Below are positions 40,176-49,274 of a DNA stretch of 64,000 nt, one piece after another. The notes beneath the pieces were generated by a model. It was given only the letters and a program-made list of their open reading frames with translations, ran no database searches and had not been told where the DNA came from. The first letter of the stretch is position 1; the number at the start of each line of letters is the position of its first letter. Source of the stretch: an uncultured bacterium (GTDB lineage Bacteria; Hydrothermota; Tepidihabitantia; Tepidihabitantales; DTDR01); the NCBI GenBank assembly GCA_938040315.1, contig CALHQW010000025.1:7929-71928 (forward strand). Direction: 5' to 3'. Position numbers and translations under genes: made by a program.

Positions 40176-40254
40176 AAAAAGTAAAGTGAAAAGAATAGGA
40201 ATATGTATGGGCATCATTTAATAGCGGATAAAAGGTTTATAGTTACACAAATTG

Positions 40255-40535
40255 ATATTTTCAAATTGGGAATAAGAATAACGATTGCTTCTTGAATTTC
40301 CTTTCTTATCTGCCAATATATTGATGCTAAGAAAAGATATGAAAAGAAGGTTTTATTAAGAAGCATAATTTCTGATGTGATTGATTTAACTTTAGATAGT
40401 TTAATCTTTATTACCATAGCCTTTTTAGGAGTGATGCCAATAATTCCCTTAATTATTGGTCAAATAGTAAGTAAAAATATAATCGGTTTTATTGACACTC
40501 CCTTTTTTCTTTGGTATAAGAGATTGATAAAATAA
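40255..40535 (+). pseudogene. second, decayed copy of the yhhQ 3' end (direct repeat copy 2)
   Basis: Matches 37951-38240 with TGG>TGA stop, an 18-bp deletion and a few substitutions. Confidence 0.92.
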
Positions 40536-40556
40536 AATAGAAATTCCTCTTTTCTC

Positions 40557-40579
40557 AGTTTCCTCTACGGAAACTTTTT
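40557..40579 (+). terminator. putative intrinsic terminator
   Basis: GTTTCC-TCTAC-GGAAAC hairpin followed by TTTTT, downstream of the repeat copy. Confidence 0.5.
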
Positions 40580-40764
40580 ATTTGATGAAAAATTTATATA
40601 AATTATTGAAATTTAATAACTTATTTATATTATCCTTAAAAATAGGGGAGCGTTCCCCCAATAGTATAGGATATGGTATCAGGAGTATTTTCTATTTCTT
40701 TTATCATACATTCTTCTATACATTTACTTAGAGATTTTCTTAGAGAAATAAAGGAAAATTAATT

Positions 40765-41304
40765 TTAGGTAGGAAGAAGTTCTTTTAATTTATTTTGGTA
40801 AATATTATAGGCTTCTTTATCAAATAAAACAAATCTTATTCTCTTTACCTTCTTTAATTGGGGAATTATTTCTAAGCAGGTTTTTAAAGCGACCTCAGTG
40901 GCTTCCTCTATTGGGTAGCCAAAAAACCCCGTCGAAATGGCAGGAAAGGCAATTGAACTTATCTCTTTCTCTTCGCAGATTTTTAAGGCATTCTTATAAC
41001 ATAAAGAAAGGAATTTATCTTCCGGCCTATCTTTACCATAGACAGGTCCTAAACAATGGATTACATATTTATTGGGTAATTTATAGCCCTTGGTAATTAC
41101 TGCTTCACCTGGTTTTATTGGTGCATATTTTTCACATTCTTTTTCTAATTCTGGTCCGGCTGCCCGATGAATTGCACCAGCAACTCCGCCACCCCTTCTT
41201 AAATAGGCATTGGCAGCATTCACTATCGCCTCAATATCCGGTTGCTTTGTTATATCTCCTTGCACAATCTCAATTATCACACCTTTATAATTTATACTCA
41301 CCAT
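40765..41304 (-). CDS. macro domain protein (YmdB-like ADP-ribose hydrolase)
   Basis: GDIT, NAAN...GGGVAGAIH, PAISTGFFGYP. Confidence 0.93.
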   Translation of the reverse strand: MVSINYKGVIIEIVQGDITKQPDIEAIVNAANAYLRRGGGVAGAIHRAAGPELEKECEKYAPIKPGEAVITKGYKLPNKYVIHCLGPVYGKDRPEDKFLSLCYKNALKICEEKEISSIAFPAISTGFFGYPIEEATEVALKTCLEIIPQLKKVKRIRFVLFDKEAYNIYQNKLKELLPT

Positions 41305-41750
41305 TTTAAATAAATGGTATCACCAATCTTTATTCCTTTTTCCTCAAAATATCCCTGATTTACCTCTAAAGCATATAAGAATGGTTTAAGAGGTTGATAA
41401 GTTTTTTTATCATCTAAGGGTGTCATCCTTTGAATATCAATAATTATATTATCTTTGGAAATAAAAGCAATATCCAAAGGAATAAAGGTATTCCTCATCC
41501 AAAAAGGATAAATCCCTTCTTTTTCAAAGATAAAGAGCATACCTTCATTCGGCAATAAGTTTTTTCTAAAAGCAAGACCAATCGCCCGCTCTTCTGGATT
41601 ATCAGCAATTTCCACATATAAAGTCTCCTTTCTTATTAACAAAGCCTTTTTCTCTTTTTCAATTATTATCTCCCCTTTTGGTGCTTTAATTAAATAAAAG
41701 ATTAATAAAAGAAAAAATATGATGGCAACAAAAAGGGTTAGATAACGCAT
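41298..41750 (-). CDS. DUF192 family protein
   Basis: VEIADNPEERAIGL, GMLFIF, FWMRNTFIPLDIAF, ALEVNQG. Confidence 0.9.
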   Translation of the reverse strand: MRYLTLFVAIIFFLLLIFYLIKAPKGEIIIEKEKKALLIRKETLYVEIADNPEERAIGLAFRKNLLPNEGMLFIFEKEGIYPFWMRNTFIPLDIAFISKDNIIIDIQRMTPLDDKKTYQPLKPFLYALEVNQGYFEEKGIKIGDTIYLKW

Positions 41751-43795
41751 TCCGAAAAATCACAATATTTATCAAAAATATCTTTTAGCGATTTTAAAAT
41801 TTTTAAGCGGTTATTTCTAATATCCAAATTCTCATCCATTACAAAGACATTGTCAAAAAATTTATCAATGTAAGGTCTTAAAGATAGAAGATAATTTAAC
41901 GCTTTCTCATAATCTTCCTTATTTAAGGCTTCTTCGTAATCTTTTGCTATTTCCTTGCGATATTTCAAAAGTTCTCTCTCCTCTTCCTTTATCAAAAGAT
42001 TTTCATTAATATCCAAATTTTCTAAATTTACTTCCTTTAAAATATTTCTTACCCTTTTTTGACCAATCACAATCTTTTCGTAATCTTCTTTTTTCTCGGC
42101 TTTTAATCTCTTTAAATATTCACATCTTTTTACGGCGCTTTTTGGATTCCACCAGATAATTTTAGTAATCGCTCGGGCAATATCGTAAGAATAACCTTTT
42201 TCTTGGATATAAAGTTCTAACCTCTCTTTAAAGAAAGAAGATACCTCTCTTTCAATTTTTTCAATATCAAAATTGACCTTCAATTGCCAAAAAAGTTCTA
42301 AATCAGCATTAATTAAATTTTTTAAGTTAATATCAAGATTATGATAAACGATAGTGTTGATAATATTATCCGCTTGTTTTTTTAATCCAAAGGGATCATA
42401 AGAGCCTTTGGGAATTTCGCCCTTTATAAAACTGGCATTAATATTATCAATTCGATCAACAATTGTTAAATAGGCACCATAGATAGTTTTTGGTAAATCT
42501 TCATATTGTTCATATAAAGCATCACAAATTATTTGAGGATAATTAAAATACTTTCCGTAAATTCCGCCCATCTTCCCTTGTAAAGAGGTAAACTCCTTTT
42601 CCCTCACCATATTTGTTAATAAATCCGTTTTGCTTAAATAGGCAATTTTCTTTAAATCTTCATCCTCTTTAATTATTTTGGTTAAAGCGACCAGTCTTTC
42701 GGTTTTATCATAAAGGCTTCCTAAATCTTCAATCCAAATTACCTTCTTCTCTTCCTCTATTAACTCTTCTAAGGGTTTTTTTAAATCTTCATTAAAGTAA
42801 TACTTGGCATCTTCCAATCTTGCCTCACAAGCCTTTTCATACCAATTTTTTATCTCATTAATTGCTTTTTTATCTTTCAAAAAGGGTTTATTAATAACGA
42901 CAATAAAATAGGGAAGTAGTTTGTTATCTTTGAAAACTGCTAAGGAATGGAGATAGTTTTTTAGACCAGTAATTATTATTTCTTTCGGTAAAGAGAGATA
43001 ATCCTTTTTAAACTCGCAAAGAATTAAGGAAGGATATTCACAGATATTTAGCATTTCAAAAATTAATTCTTTTTCCTCAATAATTTGGGCATCAATTTTC
43101 TTTAATATCTTCTTTAAATTTTGGTAAAAGATTTTTTCTCTCTCTTCATAAAGAGCAATGACACCATTTTTTCTTAATATATCAAAATATTCTTTGGCAT
43201 TCTTTATTTTTATTTTCTTAAAAGATTTATCTCTGTGGGGATAAGTAAAATTGCTACTTTTTATATTATCAATCTTAAATTTAATAATTTGGTTATTAAA
43301 AAGCAAGCAAATAGAATGGATTGGTCTGGCAAAGGTTAAATTTTCGGAGATTTTCATTCTCTTAGGAAAAGGGATATTTCTTATTATATTAGGTAAAAAT
43401 TGGGAAATAAGTTTTTTTAAACTTTCGCCGCCAATTTTTTTCTTTACAAAAATATATTCTTTCTCATTAATTTTTTTAATTATAATATCCTTTTCTTTTG
43501 CCTTATTTGCTTTTAAAAATCCTTTACCTTGTTCGCTTAAAATACCTTCTTTTAAAAAGGCGATATTTTTTGGCGGTCCTTGAATTTCAATAAATTTTAC
43601 CTTTCTTTTTTCTGGAAGACCATTAATAAAAATACCAATTCTTCTTGGTGTGAAAAACTCTTTTATCTCATTAAATTCAATCTCATTCTCTTTTAAAAAA
43701 TTTATAAAATTATCTTTTAAAAATAGAACGGCTGGCTTAATATAACTAACTGGTAATTCTTCGGTTAAAATTTCTAACAAAAAATAGTTTTTCAT
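41738..43795 (-). CDS. glyS: glycine--tRNA ligase beta subunit
   Basis: LLEILTEELP, TPRR, FPKRM, DPFGL, FFDNVFVM...RNNRL. Confidence 0.93.
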   Translation of the reverse strand: MKNYFLLEILTEELPVSYIKPAVLFLKDNFINFLKENEIEFNEIKEFFTPRRIGIFINGLPEKRKVKFIEIQGPPKNIAFLKEGILSEQGKGFLKANKAKEKDIIIKKINEKEYIFVKKKIGGESLKKLISQFLPNIIRNIPFPKRMKISENLTFARPIHSICLLFNNQIIKFKIDNIKSSNFTYPHRDKSFKKIKIKNAKEYFDILRKNGVIALYEEREKIFYQNLKKILKKIDAQIIEEKELIFEMLNICEYPSLILCEFKKDYLSLPKEIIITGLKNYLHSLAVFKDNKLLPYFIVVINKPFLKDKKAINEIKNWYEKACEARLEDAKYYFNEDLKKPLEELIEEEKKVIWIEDLGSLYDKTERLVALTKIIKEDEDLKKIAYLSKTDLLTNMVREKEFTSLQGKMGGIYGKYFNYPQIICDALYEQYEDLPKTIYGAYLTIVDRIDNINASFIKGEIPKGSYDPFGLKKQADNIINTIVYHNLDINLKNLINADLELFWQLKVNFDIEKIEREVSSFFKERLELYIQEKGYSYDIARAITKIIWWNPKSAVKRCEYLKRLKAEKKEDYEKIVIGQKRVRNILKEVNLENLDINENLLIKEEERELLKYRKEIAKDYEEALNKEDYEKALNYLLSLRPYIDKFFDNVFVMDENLDIRNNRLKILKSLKDIFDKYCDFSECVI

Positions 43796-44255
43796 AATAA
43801 AAGGAAGTTTTAATAAGAGTTTTTCTTGGTCTTAACCAATAAAGGGTAATTCTTTTAGCAATTTTTGATTTTTCATAATATTTTTTTAAGGAAGGAAAGA
43901 AAAAGAGGGAAAGATGAATAAGAAAGGCAATGGTAATAAAAGTAGCAAAAACCCCCCAAAAACCACCAGCCAATTTATCTAACCAAGAGAGAAAGATAAT
44001 TTTTAAGATTTGGGAGACAATATTTCCGAAGAATTTAAAGATAAAAAAGACCAAAAGAAAGATAATAATAAAAGAGATAACCCTTATAATTCTTGTATCT
44101 CCAAAATATTTTGATAGTTCGGGATAGAAACGATTAGCAATGAATATTCCCAAAATAAAACCAAAAAAATTAGCAGCACTTTTAAGCAAACCCATCCTTA
44201 ACCCTTGAAGAAAGCCAAAAATTAAAATAATAATAATCAAAATATCTAAAAACAT
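43746..44255 (-). CDS. cvpA: CvpA family protein
   Basis: LDILII...GLRMG, LDKLAGGFWG. Confidence 0.85.
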   Translation of the reverse strand: MFLDILIIIILIFGFLQGLRMGLLKSAANFFGFILGIFIANRFYPELSKYFGDTRIIRVISFIIIFLLVFFIFKFFGNIVSQILKIIFLSWLDKLAGGFWGVFATFITIAFLIHLSLFFFPSLKKYYEKSKIAKRITLYWLRPRKTLIKTSFYYEKLFFVRNFNRRITS

Positions 44256-44261
44256 ATATTA

Positions 44262-44290
44262 AAAATAACGAAATATTTTTATATTGTCAA
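44262..44290 (-). promoter_or_regulatory. sigma-70 promoter of cvpA-glyS
   Basis: TTGACA-N17-TATTTT, 6 nt before ATG. Confidence 0.5.
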
Positions 44291-44305
44291 AAAGAAATTT
44301 TAAGA

Positions 44306-44641
44306 TTAATAAACTTCCTTTCTTCTTGTTTTATAGATATAGACAATAATCCGCCAAACGATAAAAACCGAAAGGGTAATAACAATTCCCAAGGCGATAT
44401 CTTTTAATGGTTCTTCACTGATTAAGAAAATTTCGCCATTCCATAAATGGTCAACAACACCAAAGATTACTGCGCCAAGAAGTAAAAGATAAAGCCATCC
44501 TTTTTCCGGTTCCTTGATTTTTACTTTTTTATTAATAATTGAAAGGAAAATAAGCACTGCCGTTGGAATAATATAACAAAGACCAAAAGAAAATAAAAAA
44601 TAGGTCAATAATAAATTAGTTTTTGTTGCTATTAAATACAT
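44306..44641 (-). CDS. hypothetical membrane protein
   Basis: Three TM segments with GVVDHLWNGE; AGGAGG SD. Confidence 0.75.
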   Translation of the reverse strand: MYLIATKTNLLLTYFLFSFGLCYIIPTAVLIFLSIINKKVKIKEPEKGWLYLLLLGAVIFGVVDHLWNGEIFLISEEPLKDIALGIVITLSVFIVWRIIVYIYKTRRKEVY

Positions 44642-44690
44642 CTTTCCTCCTTTTTATTTTTTTAAACATTAATTATAATAAAAATAATTT

Positions 44691-46484
44691 TTAAGACAAG
44701 TTATTTAAATATTGGATAATTTTTTGGGCAATATTTTTCGGAATACCAATTTTTATTATCTCTTCAATTTTTGCCCTTTTTATATCTTCAATACTACCAA
44801 AGGTATTTAAAAGAAGCAATTTTCTTTTCTTACCGATACCGGGAATTTCGTCCAATACTGATTTTTTTATACTTTTCTTTCTTAAAGTTTTATGGTAAGT
44901 AATAGCAAATCGATGGGCTTCATCTCTGATTCTTTTTAATAGTTTTAAAGCGGGTGAATAAGCGGGTATTGAGACAATTTTACCATCTTCAAAATATAAG
45001 GTATCGCTCTTTTTCGCAAAGGCTAAGATGGGGATATCTTTATTAAATTCTTTATAAACCTTATTGGCAACTTGTAAATGTCCTTTGCCACCATCTACTA
45101 ATACTAAATCCGGGAGAGGTTTATTTTCTTCAATTATTCTTCTTAATCTTCTTTTTAAAACCTCTTCCATCATTCCGTAATCATCTTGACCACTAATTGT
45201 TTTTATTTTGAATTTCCGATATTCACTCTTTTTTGGTTTTATTCCTTCAAAAACAACGATTGCGCCACAGGCATATTTACCAAAAAGATTAGAAATATCA
45301 ACTCCTTCAATCCTCATTGGTGTTTTTTCTAAGGATAGATAATTAGCAAGTTCAATATTAGCCTTTGGTAAATGGGGAGTGGGTAAGATTTCCAACAATT
45401 TTATCTCGGCATTTTTTTGAGCAAGATTAAGGAGTTTTTTCTTTTCTCCCCTTTTTGGAACAGTAATTTTAATTTTTATATTTTTTTTCTTTTCAATCGT
45501 TTCAATAAAGGTTTGGATTTCGGGAATTTCTTTTGGCAGAATTATTTCGTTAGGAATGTCATAACTATGGAGATAGACTGAGGATAAAAGGGTTTCTAAA
45601 ATCTCTTCTTCATTATTGGTTAAAGGAAGATGAAAAGGATATTCTTCTTTACTTATTAATTTTCCCTCTCTAATTTTAAGAATGAGAGCGATTGCCAAAT
45701 TTTTCTCTTTTTTAACACCAATCACATCCATTGATTTTTTATCTTTTAAGATTACCTCATGTTTTTTTCTTAATTCTTGGAGAGCGAATAGTTGGTTTCT
45801 TAAAATTGCTGCTTTTTCAAATTCCTCTTTTTGTGCTGCTTCCCACATTTTCTCTTCAATCTCCTTTATTAACTTTTCTGATTTTCCCATTAGAAATTCA
45901 ATTGTCTCCCTTACTCTTTCTTTATAAACTTCTTTATCAACCTTATTTTGGCAAGGTCCTAAACAGAGATTTAACCGGTAATTTAAACAAGGTTTTTCGG
46001 AAAGGGTTAACGGTAATTTTTTATTACAGGTTCTTATCTTAAAAATTTTTTTTACCAATCTTAATGCCTGTCTTAAATTTTTTGCTGAAGTATAAGGACC
46101 AAAGAGAATTGAGCCATCTTCTTTGAGATTTCTTGTTGGAAAAATCCTTGGATATTCTTCATTAATAGTAATTTTTAAATAAGGAAATTTTTTATCATCC
46201 TTTAAACGGATATTATATTTTGGCTTGTGGATTTTTATTAGATTATCTTCTAAGATTAGGGCATCGCTTTCCGAAGAGGTAACAATAATGTCCAATTCAA
46301 AGATTTCTTTTATTAAATTTGTTCTTCTAATATCAAACTGGGGTTGAAGATAATATTTTAATCTTTCTTTTAAATTTCTTGCCTTACCAATATAGATAAT
46401 TTTTCCTTCCCGATTTTTAAAAAGATAAACACCGGGTGAAGAAGGAGCATTGTTTATTTTATCTTCTAAGGAAGTGTTTGGCAT
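44691..46484 (-). CDS. uvrC: excinuclease ABC subunit C
   Basis: GIY-YIG (GVY...YIGKA), UVR, DISN, DGGKG, RDEAHRFA, HhH. Confidence 0.96.
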   Translation of the reverse strand: MPNTSLEDKINNAPSSPGVYLFKNREGKIIYIGKARNLKERLKYYLQPQFDIRRTNLIKEIFELDIIVTSSESDALILEDNLIKIHKPKYNIRLKDDKKFPYLKITINEEYPRIFPTRNLKEDGSILFGPYTSAKNLRQALRLVKKIFKIRTCNKKLPLTLSEKPCLNYRLNLCLGPCQNKVDKEVYKERVRETIEFLMGKSEKLIKEIEEKMWEAAQKEEFEKAAILRNQLFALQELRKKHEVILKDKKSMDVIGVKKEKNLAIALILKIREGKLISKEEYPFHLPLTNNEEEILETLLSSVYLHSYDIPNEIILPKEIPEIQTFIETIEKKKNIKIKITVPKRGEKKKLLNLAQKNAEIKLLEILPTPHLPKANIELANYLSLEKTPMRIEGVDISNLFGKYACGAIVVFEGIKPKKSEYRKFKIKTISGQDDYGMMEEVLKRRLRRIIEENKPLPDLVLVDGGKGHLQVANKVYKEFNKDIPILAFAKKSDTLYFEDGKIVSIPAYSPALKLLKRIRDEAHRFAITYHKTLRKKSIKKSVLDEIPGIGKKRKLLLLNTFGSIEDIKRAKIEEIIKIGIPKNIAQKIIQYLNNLS

Positions 46485-47944
46485 TAACCTTTAACAACAC
46501 CGAGAGGCCGCATCTTACAGACTCTTTTTGATATACCGGCATTATGACAGACATCAACAACCACATCAACATCTTTGTAGGCATCAGGCACTTCTTCTCT
46601 TAAAACCTCTTTACTTGCTGCCATTACAATAATATTTTTCCCTCTCAATTCCTGAGCAATATCTCGATTTCTGGTTTCGCGCAAAGCCCTTTCTCTTGAC
46701 CAAACTCTTCCTGCACCATGGCAGGTAGAACCAAAGGTTTCATAAAAGGCTCTTTCCGTACCAACAAGTAAATAAGAATTTGTTCCCATATCACCGGGGA
46801 TGATTACTGGTTGACCAATTTTCTTATATTCTTCTGGAATTTGAGGATGATTTGGTGGAAAGGCTCTCGTTGCTCCTTTTCGGTGGACACAAACGGTCTT
46901 TCTCTCACCATCAATTATATGCTCTTCAAATTTAGCAATATTATGGGCGACATCATAAATCAAATCCATTCCTAATTCTTCTACTGGTTTCTTTAATACC
47001 TGACTAAAGGCCTCTCTTACCCAATGGGTGATACATTGGCGATTTGCCCAAGCATAATTAGCAGCGCAAACCATCACACTATAATATTCTTTTCCCTCAG
47101 GTGATTCAATTGGTGCGCAAGCAAGTTGTTGATCAGGTAGTTTGATACCATATTTTTGCACTGCCTTTCTTAAATTTCTGATTGCGTCATCACAGATTTG
47201 ATAACCAAGCCCACGAGAACCGGTATGAATCATTACTGTTATCATCCCCTTTTCTAAACCAAAAACTTTAGCACATTCTTCATCATAAATAGTTTCAATA
47301 ACTTGGATTTCTAAGAAATGGTTTCCGGCACCAAGAGTACCAAGTTGGGGTGTTCCTCTTTCTAATGCCCTTTGAGATACCAAATCTGGTCTGGCACCTT
47401 TCATTTGGCCATTTTCTTCGGTAAATTTCAAATCTCTTTCTGTGCCAAATCCTTTTTCATAAGCCCATCTCGCGCCTTTTTCTAATACTTCCTTTACCTC
47501 TCGTTGGGAAATTCTTATTTTACCAGTAGAACCAACACCAGAAGGAACATTATGAAAAATACTTCTTACCAATTGCTCTAAAAGATTCTGTTTTAAATCT
47601 TTGATAGTTAGATTGGTTTTTAATAATCTAACACCACAATTAATATCATAACCCACACCACCGGGCGAGATCACTCCTTCTTTTAAATCAAAAGCAGCAA
47701 CACCGCCAATCGCGAATCCATAACCCCAATGGATATCAGGCATTGCCAGAGAATACTTTAATATTCCTGGTAAAGTTGCCACATTGGCTACTTGCTCTAA
47801 AGCCATCTCCTGTTTGATATGGGTTAAAAGTCTTTCATCCGCATAGACAACACCATCAACCCGCATCTCTCCTTTATAACTTTTTGGTACTTTGTAACGC
47901 CAATCATCAATTTTTATTAACGGTCCCTTCCAGCCATTTGACAT
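46484..47944 (-). CDS. rtcB: RNA-splicing ligase RtcB
   Basis: MPDIHWGYGFAIGG, DINCG, GNHFLE, HRKGAT, CHGAGR. Confidence 0.96.
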   Translation of the reverse strand: MSNGWKGPLIKIDDWRYKVPKSYKGEMRVDGVVYADERLLTHIKQEMALEQVANVATLPGILKYSLAMPDIHWGYGFAIGGVAAFDLKEGVISPGGVGYDINCGVRLLKTNLTIKDLKQNLLEQLVRSIFHNVPSGVGSTGKIRISQREVKEVLEKGARWAYEKGFGTERDLKFTEENGQMKGARPDLVSQRALERGTPQLGTLGAGNHFLEIQVIETIYDEECAKVFGLEKGMITVMIHTGSRGLGYQICDDAIRNLRKAVQKYGIKLPDQQLACAPIESPEGKEYYSVMVCAANYAWANRQCITHWVREAFSQVLKKPVEELGMDLIYDVAHNIAKFEEHIIDGERKTVCVHRKGATRAFPPNHPQIPEEYKKIGQPVIIPGDMGTNSYLLVGTERAFYETFGSTCHGAGRVWSRERALRETRNRDIAQELRGKNIIVMAASKEVLREEVPDAYKDVDVVVDVCHNAGISKRVCKMRPLGVVKG

Positions 47945-47964
47945 AATTAACCTCCAATTATATA

Positions 47965-48024
47965 ATTATATAAAAATAAAAAAATTTAGTCAATTATTGA
48001 TTTTTTTAAAATTTTAGATATTTT
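47965..48024. promoter_or_regulatory. divergent sigma-70 promoters (rtcB and speB)
   Basis: Minus: TTGACT(47993)-N17-TATAAT(47970). Plus: TTGATT(47997)-N16-TATTTT(48019). Confidence 0.55.
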
Positions 48025-48030
48025 TTTTCA

Positions 48031-48855
48031 ATGAGTTTTTATTTTGCCAATGCTAATTTAAAAGAAGCCAATATTTTAATTTTGGGTATTGGATATGATA
48101 AAACCTCTTCTTTTATTTCTGGTTCTCGGTTTGCTCCTAATTTAATTCGGGAAGGAGCGGAAAATATTGAGACTTATAGCCCTTATCAAAGGCGGGATTT
48201 AACAGAAATTAAGATTTGTGATTTAGGAAATTTCATCTTTCAAAAGGAAAAACCCGAAGATTTCATAAAAGAGGTAAGGCAAGTTATAAAAGATTATTTA
48301 AAAGATAAAAAGAAAATAGTAATTCTTGGTGGTGAACACACAATCACCTATCCAATTGTGATGGCTTTTCAGGAGTATTATAAAAATTTAGCAGTAATTA
48401 TCTTTGATGCCCATTCAGATTTGAGAGATGATTTTATGGGTGAAAAAATTTGTCACGCCACAGTGGCAAAAAGAATTTTGGAAGTTGTGGGAAAAGAAAA
48501 TCTTTATCAATTTGGAATCCGCTCTTTAACGAAAGATTGTTTAAAGAAAAATCCTAACCTTTTTCTTTTTGAAGTTTTTAAGCCATTAAAAAAAGTTATT
48601 TCTTCCTTGAAAAATAAAAAAATTTATTTATCTTTAGATTTAGATGTTTTAGATATGAGTTTGTTGCCCGTGGTTCAGACGCCAGTTCCTGGTGGAATTA
48701 GTTTTTTAGAATTGGTTACTTCTTTTAAGTTATTAAAAAATTTAGAAATTGTTGGTGTTGATATCGTAGAATTTTCTCCCCTTTTAAATAATCCTTTAAC
48801 CTATGCTTCCCTTTGTGCTGAAATTCTGCGGGAAGTTCTTCTCCTAATAAAATAA
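48031..48855 (+). CDS. speB: agmatinase (ureohydrolase)
   Basis: GGEHTIT, DAHSDLR, SLDLDVLD, TPVPGG, DIVE. Confidence 0.88.
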   Translation: MSFYFANANLKEANILILGIGYDKTSSFISGSRFAPNLIREGAENIETYSPYQRRDLTEIKICDLGNFIFQKEKPEDFIKEVRQVIKDYLKDKKKIVILGGEHTITYPIVMAFQEYYKNLAVIIFDAHSDLRDDFMGEKICHATVAKRILEVVGKENLYQFGIRSLTKDCLKKNPNLFLFEVFKPLKKVISSLKNKKIYLSLDLDVLDMSLLPVVQTPVPGGISFLELVTSFKLLKNLEIVGVDIVEFSPLLNNPLTYASLCAEILREVLLLIK

Positions 48856-48856
48856 G

Positions 48857-49012
48857 ATGTGTTGCCAAGTATGTAATCTTTTTAACTTTTGTAAAAATAA
48901 GAATGAGAGTTGTTGTGAGAAATGTAAATATTTTGATTCTTGCATGGCGATGACTAAGGAGGATAAAAGAGAAAAGATGATTTATAATAAGAAATTAAAA
49001 AAAAGGAAATAA
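48857..49012 (+). CDS. small basic Cys-rich protein, 51 aa, 2x CCxxCx5C
   Basis: Manual translation MCCQVCNLFNFCKNKNESCCEKCKYFDSCMAMTKEDKREKMIYNKKLKKRK; ATG 1 nt after the speB stop; below ORF-track cutoff. Confidence 0.8.
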   Translation: MCCQVCNLFNFCKNKNESCCEKCKYFDSCMAMTKEDKREKMIYNKKLKKRK

Positions 49013-49024
49013 AAGGAGGAGAAG

Positions 49025-49201
49025 ATGTGCTGTGGAATCTGCCCAGAATACGATGATTGTGAAAAGTTAGAAAGATTAAAGAACTACTGTTGTGAAGAAT
49101 GTCCGGATTATGAAGAATGTATAGGCGGAGCAAGAGAAGATTTTTATGATTTTAAATATGATTTTAAAGAGGATTACGATAGTGAGGAGGAAGATTTTTA
49201 G
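49025..49201 (+). CDS. small acidic Cys-rich protein, 58 aa, 2x CCxxCx5C
   Basis: Manual translation MCCGICPEYDDCEKLERLKNYCCEECPDYEECIGGAREDFYDFKYDFKEDYDSEEEDF; AAGGAGG SD; below ORF-track cutoff. Confidence 0.88.
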   Translation: MCCGICPEYDDCEKLERLKNYCCEECPDYEECIGGAREDFYDFKYDFKEDYDSEEEDF

Positions 49202-49213
49202 TTTTTCCATTTA

Positions 49214-49242
49214 TTGACTTTAATTTTAAATTTTTTTATTAT
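49214..49242 (+). promoter_or_regulatory. sigma-70 promoter of PPIase operon
   Basis: TTGACT-N17-TATTAT. Confidence 0.55.
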
Positions 49243-49274
49243 TGATTAAGGTTTTAATTTAAAAGGAGTGGAAA

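Noticed and set aside
40290-40296. In-frame TGA in the yhhQ copy as selenocysteine or Trp recoding
   Set aside because: Sits in a 5'-truncated, deleted copy; TGA is used as a normal stop throughout the window.
40214-40417. 67-aa minus-strand ORF
   Set aside because: It is the reverse frame of the duplicated yhhQ fragment.
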